Below, one piece after another: positions 45,229 through 53,462 of a DNA stretch of 64,000 nucleotides. Source of the DNA: a virus; IMG/VR virus record IMGVR_UViG_3300043773_002546, positions 96,001 to 160,000 of that record; one strand, written 5' to 3'. Each line of letters starts with the position of its first letter. Position 1 is the first letter of the stretch. Both the position numbers and the translations under genes were made by a program. Under the pieces are notes generated by a model that had not been told where the DNA came from, made no database searches, and was given only the letters and a program-made list of their open reading frames with translations.

Positions 45229-46151
45229 GCACAAAACAAGCGGGCATCGGTGATTTTCTGTTTCCCGGAGTTTTCGGCCCGGATAACCATCCGGCCATGC
45301 AAGCCGCCGCCGAAGCACGAGAAAAGCTTAAGCAGCAGACAGAAAGCGCCCTGACAAGCCACTACGGCCAGAACATGCGTCAAATGCTCGGCTACGGCCT
45401 GGCGGGCGGCGCTGGCGCCACGGCGCTGTACCATGCCTTGCGCGCCCTGAGAAAGCCCAAGAAGAGCGAGACGAAGTACGACGAGATGAACTCTGGCGCT
45501 CCAGTGATGGCTAAGGAAGCCCTCAGCCTGGACGAAATGCTGGGAAAGCTCGTGCCTACGACCATGACCGGTCTGCCTAGTGGCGATGGTGCCGGTAACG
45601 GCGGCGCCCCGGCGGCGCCAGGACTTCCGGCGGACCCGCACATGTACCGTCCGACGTGGGCTGCACTGGCCGCGCTGGGCGCTGGCGGCTTAGGGCTCTA
45701 TGGCGGCAATAAGGCTGTCGGCGCGCTGGTCAACCGTAATAAGAAAAAAGATAGTCAGGCGGAAATCGACGAGGCCCGCAAAGCCTATTACGACGCCTTG
45801 CTGGGCGGCGATAAGAAAGCTGCTGCGCTAGACGACGTGTACGCTGCTTGGCAAGAGAAGCATGCCAACCCGCTGACGACTGTCCGCGACGCCTTTAACT
45901 CGACCGCCGATTTCTTTGGTAGGACAGTTCCTCAAAGCGCGCACGCCCTGGCGCTGCTTGGCGCTTTGGGCGGCGGGGCGTACAGCGCCAAAAAGATGTA
46001 CGACTGGACCAAGTCCCGCAGCGAGGGCGAGAATCTCCGCAAAGCCCAGGCATCTAAGGCGCGGATGAAGGGCTTGCCAACGACGTGGGTGGATCCTGAA
46101 GAGCTGACGCGGATTAAAGAACTCGCGGCGCAAGCTGACAATGAGCAGTAA
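45225..46151 (+). CDS. putative virion protein with three hydrophobic Gly-rich helices
   Basis: KQAG, KEAL, KKAAA, KHAN boundaries. Confidence 0.75.
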   Translation: MSTKQAGIGDFLFPGVFGPDNHPAMQAAAEAREKLKQQTESALTSHYGQNMRQMLGYGLAGGAGATALYHALRALRKPKKSETKYDEMNSGAPVMAKEALSLDEMLGKLVPTTMTGLPSGDGAGNGGAPAAPGLPADPHMYRPTWAALAALGAGGLGLYGGNKAVGALVNRNKKKDSQAEIDEARKAYYDALLGGDKKAAALDDVYAAWQEKHANPLTTVRDAFNSTADFFGRTVPQSAHALALLGALGGGAYSAKKMYDWTKSRSEGENLRKAQASKARMKGLPTTWVDPEELTRIKELAAQADNEQ

Positions 46152-46153
46152 CA

Positions 46154-49100
46154 ATGCCAGATCCGATCAATCTAGCGCCCGCTCAGCCTCCGCAGCGCGC
46201 ATTCGGCGACGTTAACGCACTGCGCAATAATATCTTTGAGCGGTCGTTACAACACGCCTCGACGCTCGAGCCTATCAAGAATGACCTGTACACGCTCCAG
46301 CTGAGCGACGTGCAGTACAAGGGCCCGGAGCGCTACACGAAGGCCGACCAGAAGAAAGCCGTGCTCACTCGCGGCTCGTTGGCCCGCAAGCTTGTGGGCA
46401 CCTGGAACCTCGTTGACAACAAGACCGGCCAGCAGGTTGCCCAGCGTCAGCAGACGATCGCTAGCGTGCCATACCTGACCGACAGCGGCACGTTTGTGAA
46501 CAAGGGCGTGGAGTACACCCTGGCGCACCAGATGCGGCTGCGGCCCGGCGTGTTCACCCGCGAGAAAGACAACGGCGAGCTAGAGGCGCATGTTAACGTG
46601 CTGCCCGGCAAGGGCCGCATGCACCGGTACTTCCTCGACCCGAAGACGGGCGTGATGAAGATCAACATTGGCCAAGCGCAGATTCCGCTTATGCCGCTCT
46701 TAAAAACGCTGGGCGTTAGCGAGGGCGATATTCGCAAGTCGTGGGGTAACGAGCTGACGGCCGTGAACATGCAGCAGGGCGACGCGGGCACGCTCGACAA
46801 GCTTTATCAGCGCCTGGTGTACAAGCAAGAGCCTGGCAGCGACGCCTTGGCCAAGCAGAAGGCCATCGCCGCTGAGTTCGCCAAGATTGAGCTGGACCCC
46901 GAGGTTACCAAGCGGACTCTCGGCCAGCCCTACACCCGCATGACGCCCGAGGTCATTCTGGCGACGACAAAAAAGCTCATTGCGCTAAACCGCAAGGAAA
47001 CCGACCCGGACGATCGCGATTCGCTGGCTTACCAGTCGGTCGTTGGCCCCGAGGACCTGCTCTCGGAGCGCTTTACCAAGGACAAGGCCACGCTGCGTCA
47101 GCTGCTCTGGAAAGCCACGGCCAAGAAAAGCCTCGACCATATTCCTACGGGCGTGTTCAACAAAGCGCTCAACGCCGCGCTGATCGGCTCCGGGTTGGGC
47201 AGCTCACTCGAGGAGATTAACCCCGCAGAGATCTTCGACCATCAGACCCGCGTGACGCGACTTGGCGAGGGCGGCATCGGCTCGCTCGACGCCGTGCCCC
47301 AGGAATCCCGCAGCGTGCAGCCAAGCCACTTGGGTTTTGTGGATTTTCTGCGGACTCCCGAGTCTGGCAAAGTCGGCGTCGACATGCGTTTTAGCCGCGG
47401 CGCCATGAAGGGCAGAGACGGCAAGATTTACACGCCAGTAGTGAACATGCAAACCGGCGCTACGGAGTACAAGACGCCCCAAGAACTGGCGGATACGCCG
47501 TTGGCTTTTCCTGGCGAAGAGAAGAGCAAGCTCCCGATGGTTGCGGCGCTGGTGGGCGGCAAGATGAAGTACGTCCCCCGTGAAGAAGCGCAGTTCTCGC
47601 TGCCGCACATGGACAACTCTTTTTCGGCGCTCTCGAATATGGTCCCCATGAAGAGCATGATGAAGGGACACCGAGTGATCATGGGCAGCCGCATGTTCAC
47701 GCAGGCACTGCCGCTGGTGGACGCCGAGGCGCCGCTGGTGCAGTCCGCCCGGGCCGACAACCCCGGTGAAAGCCACGAGGACGAGATGGGCGGCAAACTC
47801 GGCGCCGTCCGTGCCGACGTTCACGGCCAGGTGGTCTCTGTCTCGTCTGATGAGATCGTCGTTCGCGACCGTGACGGCAATAAGAAAAGCATCGAACTCT
47901 ACAACGACATGCCGTTTAACCGGAAGACTTTCTGGACGCAGAAGCCCACGGTTCAACCCGGCGATACGATCAAGCCCGGCCAGCTGCTCGCGCATTCCAA
48001 CTTCACTGATAAGCAAGGAACAGCGGCGCTGGGCAAGAATCTCCGTGTGGCGTATGTGCCCTTCCGCGGCAAGAACTACGAAGACGCCGTGGTCATCAGT
48101 GAGTCAGCAGCCAAGCGCCTCACGAGCGAGCACATGTACCAGCACGAGGCCGAATGGGACGACCAGACCCACGTCGGCAAGAAGGCGTTTCTGTCTTTGT
48201 TTCCGGGCGAGTACGACAAGAAGGCGCTCGCCAACTTCGACGACAAGGGCGCCATCCAGAAGGGCACGGTCGTGAACTATGGCGACCCGCTTGTGCTCCA
48301 GGCCAAGGCGAAAGAGACAACTTACGGCAAGGTTCATCGCGGCCGCGCCGGAAACTTCACCAACGAGACACTCACCTGGGAGCACCACACGCCGGGCGTC
48401 GTGACCGACGTCGAACACACCGACAAGGGCGTCAGCGTTGTAGTCAAAAGCCAGGCGCAGATGGAGGTCGGCGACAAGCTCACCGGTCGCTTCGGCGACA
48501 AGGGCGTTGTGGCCGACGTGATTCCGGACCACCAGATGCCCCAGGACAAAGACGGCAATCCGTACGAGGTCCTCGTCTCGCCGCTGGGCCTAATCTCCCG
48601 CGTGAACCCCTCGCAGGTCATCGAAGCCGCGCTGGGCAAAGTCGCTGCGAAGACCGGCCAGCCCTTCAAGCTCAAGGACTTCGATGACGAGAACGACCTG
48701 ATTGAGATGGCGCAGCGGGAGCTGGCTAAGCACGGGTTGAGCGATACCGAGGACCTCACCGACCCGGAGACCGGGCGAAAGATCAAAGGCGTGCTCACCG
48801 GCAGCCGCTTCTTTATGAAGCTCCATCACACGGCCGAGGGCAAAGGGCAGGGCCGCGCGATGGGCAGCTATACCGCCGAGGGCACTCCGGCCAAGGGCGG
48901 CAGTGAAGGCGCCAAGCGCGTCGGCATGCTCGACCTGGGCGCGCTTTTGTCCCACGGCGCCGGAAAGGTCATCCGCGACGCCAAAATGGTCCGCGGCCAG
49001 GCTAACCCCGAGTACTGGTCGCAGTTCATGGCCGGGTATACCCCGCCGCTGCCAAAAGTCCCGCACGTCTACGAGAAGTTTGTCGGGCAGCTCAAAGCTT

Positions 49101-50527
49101 CTGGCATTAACGCTGTCCGCAGCGGGACGCGCACGAACATCATGGCGTTAACCGACAAGGACGTCGAGCAACTGGCCGGAGACCGCGAGATCACCAGCTC
49201 CGACACGGTCGACTGGAAGGGCAAGCTCAAGCCGATTAAGGGCGGACTGTTTGACGAGACGCTCACCGGCGGCCACATGGGCAACCGCTGGAGCAAGATT
49301 ACGCTTCACGAACCGATGCCCAACCCGGTCATGGAAGAGCCCATCCGCCGCACCCTGGGCCTGACCGAGAAAAAGTTTCGCGCCGTGCTGTCCGGGACTG
49401 ACACGCTGCGCGACAAGACCGGCCCGCAGGCAATCGCCGAGGCCCTTGGTGCGATTAGCTTGCCCAAGGCAATCGAGCAGTGCCGCGAGGACATCAAGTC
49501 GGGCCGCAAGACCCTTCGCGACGCCGCAGTGCGCCGCTTGGGGTACTTAAAGTCCGCCGAGGCCGCGGGCGTGCATCCCAAAGACTGGATGCTCACTAAG
49601 ATGCCGGTTTTGCCGCCGATGTTTCGCCCCGTCTCGACGATGGGCGCCAAAAAGCTGCCCTTGGTAGCCGACGCAAATTACCTTTACAAAGAGCTCCTCG
49701 ACAGCAACAACGCGCTCAAAGACGCTTCCGGCGCGTTGGCCGAGTACAGCGACGAGCGGCTAGGACTTTACGATGCCATGAAAGGCGTGACCGGGCTGGG
49801 CAGTCCCACGCAGCCGAAGAATCAGGAACGGCAGGTAAAGGGCTTCCTGCAGCACGTTTTTGGCTCAAGCCCGAAGTACGGCACCGTACAGCGCAAGCTG
49901 CTTTCTACGACCGTGGACCTGGTCGGCCGCGCGGTAATTACTCCTAACCCGGACTTGGACATGGATGAGGTCGCTTTGCCCGAGGACAAAGCCTGGGAGG
50001 TGTACAAGCCCTTCGTTGTCCGCGGGCTAGTCAGGCGCGGAATGCCGCGCATGCAGGCCCTGGACGCCGTCGAGCAGCGCAACAAGGCCGCCGCTGCTGA
50101 ACTTCAGGGCCAGATGAGTTCTCGGCCAATCGTTATTAACCGTGCGCCCGTGCTGCATCGATACGGTATGATGGCGTTTTATCCAAAGCTCACCAAAAAC
50201 AAGGTTATGGAGGTCAATCCGGTCATTACCAAGGGCTTTAACGCCGACTTCGACGGAGACGCGATGCAGTATCACGTTCCCAGCACAGAGGACGCCGCCA
50301 AGGAAGCCGTGGAAAAAATGCTGCCCAGCAAAAACTTGTTCGCGGCCGCCAGCTTCAAAGCGCACTACGTGCCGCAGGCGGATTTCCAGACAGGCGTTTA
50401 CTTGGCATCTAGCCGGATTGACAAGAAAGCCAAGCCGCGTATTTTTCGTACCAAGCAGGAAGCCCTACACGCCTATCGCCGCGGCGAGATCGACGTCGAC
50501 ACCCCGGTAAATATTGTCGAGAGTTAA
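46154..50527 (+). CDS. rpoBC: DNA-directed RNA polymerase, beta subunit fused to N-terminal half of beta'
   Basis: beta motifs RTPESGKVG, MGSRMFTQALP, NYEDAVVISE, GDKLTGRFGDKG, FMKLHH; beta' motifs VLPPMFRP, VDLVGRAVI, NRAPVLHR, catalytic NADFDGD (50240-50260). Confidence 0.97.
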   Translation: MPDPINLAPAQPPQRAFGDVNALRNNIFERSLQHASTLEPIKNDLYTLQLSDVQYKGPERYTKADQKKAVLTRGSLARKLVGTWNLVDNKTGQQVAQRQQTIASVPYLTDSGTFVNKGVEYTLAHQMRLRPGVFTREKDNGELEAHVNVLPGKGRMHRYFLDPKTGVMKINIGQAQIPLMPLLKTLGVSEGDIRKSWGNELTAVNMQQGDAGTLDKLYQRLVYKQEPGSDALAKQKAIAAEFAKIELDPEVTKRTLGQPYTRMTPEVILATTKKLIALNRKETDPDDRDSLAYQSVVGPEDLLSERFTKDKATLRQLLWKATAKKSLDHIPTGVFNKALNAALIGSGLGSSLEEINPAEIFDHQTRVTRLGEGGIGSLDAVPQESRSVQPSHLGFVDFLRTPESGKVGVDMRFSRGAMKGRDGKIYTPVVNMQTGATEYKTPQELADTPLAFPGEEKSKLPMVAALVGGKMKYVPREEAQFSLPHMDNSFSALSNMVPMKSMMKGHRVIMGSRMFTQALPLVDAEAPLVQSARADNPGESHEDEMGGKLGAVRADVHGQVVSVSSDEIVVRDRDGNKKSIELYNDMPFNRKTFWTQKPTVQPGDTIKPGQLLAHSNFTDKQGTAALGKNLRVAYVPFRGKNYEDAVVISESAAKRLTSEHMYQHEAEWDDQTHVGKKAFLSLFPGEYDKKALANFDDKGAIQKGTVVNYGDPLVLQAKAKETTYGKVHRGRAGNFTNETLTWEHHTPGVVTDVEHTDKGVSVVVKSQAQMEVGDKLTGRFGDKGVVADVIPDHQMPQDKDGNPYEVLVSPLGLISRVNPSQVIEAALGKVAAKTGQPFKLKDFDDENDLIEMAQRELAKHGLSDTEDLTDPETGRKIKGVLTGSRFFMKLHHTAEGKGQGRAMGSYTAEGTPAKGGSEGAKRVGMLDLGALLSHGAGKVIRDAKMVRGQANPEYWSQFMAGYTPPLPKVPHVYEKFVGQLKASGINAVRSGTRTNIMALTDKDVEQLAGDREITSSDTVDWKGKLKPIKGGLFDETLTGGHMGNRWSKITLHEPMPNPVMEEPIRRTLGLTEKKFRAVLSGTDTLRDKTGPQAIAEALGAISLPKAIEQCREDIKSGRKTLRDAAVRRLGYLKSAEAAGVHPKDWMLTKMPVLPPMFRPVSTMGAKKLPLVADANYLYKELLDSNNALKDASGALAEYSDERLGLYDAMKGVTGLGSPTQPKNQERQVKGFLQHVFGSSPKYGTVQRKLLSTTVDLVGRAVITPNPDLDMDEVALPEDKAWEVYKPFVVRGLVRRGMPRMQALDAVEQRNKAAAAELQGQMSSRPIVINRAPVLHRYGMMAFYPKLTKNKVMEVNPVITKGFNADFDGDAMQYHVPSTEDAAKEAVEKMLPSKNLFAAASFKAHYVPQADFQTGVYLASSRIDKKAKPRIFRTKQEALHAYRRGEIDVDTPVNIVES

Positions 50528-50541
50528 ACACGGAGGTTTAC

Positions 50542-51273
50542 ATGTTCACGGTTAATCCCGAACTGATTTCGCTCGCCCGCATGCGGTTCGAAAAGTCGGC
50601 CGTTGTGCCCCCGGGCGGCGGCGACCCGGCCATGATGGGCGGCGGCGCACCTCCGATGGACCCGGCGGCTATGGGCATGCAACAGCCTGCCGCCCCGGTT
50701 GACCCGGCTCAGGCGGCTATGGGCGCCGCTCCTCCTGCTGACCCCTCTCAGGATCCAACCGGCGCGATGGCCGCCGCAGCCCCGCCAGCACCGGCCCCGA
50801 TGCCTCCGGCGACGCCCACCGCCGCCGCTCCTGGCCAGCAGAAGCTCAAACCCGAGCAGATGATGCAGATGCTCGACTACCGGCTTTACAACATGCAGCA
50901 GCAACTCACGGCGATCATGAACGCCATGGGCGTGCAGGTCCCGCCGGAATCGCTCGTGCTACCCCCGGGCACGACCGGCGCGCCCCCGGCTGAGACGGCG
51001 CTGCCCGGCGGCCCGATGGCGCCGCCCCCGCCGCAGCAGGACCCGAACGCCCCGAGCGGCCCGCAACCTCCGGGCGGCCCGCTCCCTCCCGGCGGCCCGA
51101 TGGATCCCAGCCAGATGCCCATGGACCCTAACGCGCCGAAGCAGGCCAACTGGTGGGATGTGGGGCGCCCCGTGGACAAGGCCGTGCACAGCAACCCCGA
51201 CGCCCCGACGGACCTGCAGACCAAAGCGGCTGCAATCGCCGCGCTGTGTCGGAGCATGACGCGTGCGCGTTAA
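50542..51273 (+). CDS. Pro/Met/Gly-rich low-complexity protein between the RNAP genes
   Basis: Hairpin SD; EKSA and KQAN sites; short central helix. Confidence 0.8.
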   Translation: MFTVNPELISLARMRFEKSAVVPPGGGDPAMMGGGAPPMDPAAMGMQQPAAPVDPAQAAMGAAPPADPSQDPTGAMAAAAPPAPAPMPPATPTAAAPGQQKLKPEQMMQMLDYRLYNMQQQLTAIMNAMGVQVPPESLVLPPGTTGAPPAETALPGGPMAPPPPQQDPNAPSGPQPPGGPLPPGGPMDPSQMPMDPNAPKQANWWDVGRPVDKAVHSNPDAPTDLQTKAAAIAALCRSMTRAR

Positions 51274-51511
51274 ATTAACTCACAACCTGCAGCCTCACGA
51301 ACAGTCGGCTCAGTCGATCATTCTGTATGACGATCTGGGAAATCCGATTTTCGTGGCCATGCAGCTTGATGAGTCGATTATCTACGCCGACGCCGGAGAG
51401 CCTGATTTTCACGCTATGCTTCGCGCCTTGGGCGTGAACAAAACAGTCATCGTCAACGAGATCACGCCAAAGCCCGTCAAGAACATGCTGTGGACGCCGG
51501 GAAATGCTTAA
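51263..51511 (+). CDS. small hypothetical protein coupled to the beta'-C gene
   Basis: Overlaps both neighbours. Confidence 0.75.
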   Translation: MRVKLTHNLQPHEQSAQSIILYDDLGNPIFVAMQLDESIIYADAGEPDFHAMLRALGVNKTVIVNEITPKPVKNMLWTPGNA

Positions 51512-53408
51512 AACCACGCTTGGTCAAGTACTTTTAAACGAAACGCTTCCGGAAGATCTCCGGGACTACAATCGCGTTTTGACTAAAAAAGACATGGCCA
51601 AGCTGGCTACGGACCTAGCCGAGAAGCACCCGGACAAGTACCGCCAGGTCATGAAGCGGCTGCACGACATCGGCCATGAAGCGGCTTACACCACCAATGG
51701 CCTTTCCTTCGGTCTCAAAGATATCAAACCGACGTTAGCAGCCCGCACCGCCCAGTTGCGCGTACACAAAGCGCTGCAGGGAATTCTCGCCGATAAAGGC
51801 ATCGACGAAAAAGCCCGCACTTTGAAGATCCTTAAGCTGGCCTCCGAGGCGCAAAAGTCTCTCGTCGAGGACGTCTACAAAGAGGCCGAGAGCGCCGACA
51901 ACCCGCTGGCGCATCAGGTTCGCGGCGTTTCGCGCGGCAACAAGTACAGTTTGAATTCTCTGATCGGCGCCGACATGCAGTACGTCGACCATAAGAACGA
52001 CCCGATTCCGATTCCTGTAATGCGTGGCTACGGCCAAGGCCTGCGCCCTGTGGAGTACTTCGCCGGGGCCTTCGGCACCCGCAAGGGCGTCATGGACCTG
52101 AAGACAGCAACTGCCGATGCCGGTTTCTTCGGCAAGCAGCTGGCGCAGATGACGCACAGACTTTTAGTGACCGACGACGACGACAAGGACGAAGAGCGCA
52201 ACGCCACCGCCCACGACCGCGGCTTTCCAAGCGACGTGGACGACCCAGATAACGAGGGCGCGTTCTTGGCGCGGCCCGTCGGCCCATACAAGCGCAACAC
52301 TCTTTTGACGCCGAAGATTCTCCGCGAGCTCAAGGAACAGGGCGTCAAAGACATCCTGGTACGCAGCCCAACCGTGGGCGGCCCAGAGGACGGCGGCGTG
52401 TACGCTAGGGACGTTGGCTACAGGGAAAAGGGCAAGCTCCCGCCCGTAGGCGACTACGTGGGCATCGCCGCGGCTCAGGCACTTTCGGAACCGGTGACGC
52501 AGGCGCAGATTAGCTCCAAACATTCCGGCGGCGTGGGCGGCGCAGGTTCAATCTCTGGCTTCAAGGCTATTAACGCTTTGGCGCAGGTCCCCAAAAAATA
52601 CCCCGGCGGCGCTGCGCACGCCCAGATTGACGGCACGGTTCAAGAGGTGCGCCCCGCGCCCCAGGGCGGCTTTTACGTGCAGATCGACGGGCAGGAGCAC
52701 TATGTCCCCACAGACCGCGAGGTCTCGGTCAAAAAGGGCCAGACCCTCGAGGCAGGAGACACGATTTCCAGCGGCATGCCCAACCCCGGCGAAATCGTCC
52801 GCCACAAGGGCATCGGCGAAGGGCGCAGGTATTTCGTTCAGGCCATGCGTCAAGTGCTGCAAAACTCTGGCGTGTCGCCACATCGCCGTAACATCGAACT
52901 TCTCTCGCGCGGATTGGTAAATCATGTTCGCATGACCGACGAGCACGGCGACTATGCGCCGGACGACATCGTGCCCTACTCGATGATCGAACGGAGTTGG
53001 ACGCCGCGGTCGGGCAGCGTGACCGGCGCGCCGAAAAGCCTTTCTGGGCATTATCTAGAGCGCCCCGTACTGCACTACTCAGTTGGTACAAAAATCGGTA
53101 AGGGCGTGCTTGCGAACCTGGAAAAATACGGCATCAACAATGTCGAGGCCCACAAAGAGCCGCCGCCGTTTCAGCCGGAAATGGTTCGCGGCATGGCAAA
53201 TATCTCTAACGACCCCGACTGGATGACCCGCATGCTCGGCTCGTACCAGCAGAAGGGCCTGTTAAACAGCGTACACCGCGGCCTATCCAGCGATACATCC
53301 GGATCGAGTTTCGTTCCCGCGCTGGCCCGCGGCGAAACATTCGGTGTTTCCGGCGCCACGAGCGGATGGCAGCCGCAGAACGATTTAGGTAGGATGAAAG
53401 GGCCCTAA
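51504..53408 (+). CDS. rpoC: RNA polymerase beta' C-terminal half
   Basis: KTTLGQ; bridge helix EYFAGAFGTRKGVMDLKTATADAGFFGKQL; trigger loop AAQALSEPVTQAQISSKHSGG; RRNIELL. Confidence 0.93.
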   Translation: MLKTTLGQVLLNETLPEDLRDYNRVLTKKDMAKLATDLAEKHPDKYRQVMKRLHDIGHEAAYTTNGLSFGLKDIKPTLAARTAQLRVHKALQGILADKGIDEKARTLKILKLASEAQKSLVEDVYKEAESADNPLAHQVRGVSRGNKYSLNSLIGADMQYVDHKNDPIPIPVMRGYGQGLRPVEYFAGAFGTRKGVMDLKTATADAGFFGKQLAQMTHRLLVTDDDDKDEERNATAHDRGFPSDVDDPDNEGAFLARPVGPYKRNTLLTPKILRELKEQGVKDILVRSPTVGGPEDGGVYARDVGYREKGKLPPVGDYVGIAAAQALSEPVTQAQISSKHSGGVGGAGSISGFKAINALAQVPKKYPGGAAHAQIDGTVQEVRPAPQGGFYVQIDGQEHYVPTDREVSVKKGQTLEAGDTISSGMPNPGEIVRHKGIGEGRRYFVQAMRQVLQNSGVSPHRRNIELLSRGLVNHVRMTDEHGDYAPDDIVPYSMIERSWTPRSGSVTGAPKSLSGHYLERPVLHYSVGTKIGKGVLANLEKYGINNVEAHKEPPPFQPEMVRGMANISNDPDWMTRMLGSYQQKGLLNSVHRGLSSDTSGSSFVPALARGETFGVSGATSGWQPQNDLGRMKGP

Positions 53409-53462
53409 GACGCTAAATTAGTGTCCAGATCTGGTTAATTTGCTCGCCGCACGGAGGTGGCT

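Noticed and set aside
46154-53408. Intein or intron in the RNAP genes
   Set aside because: No intein terminal motifs or LAGLIDADG; conserved blocks are contiguous; the intervening ORFs are not intron-like
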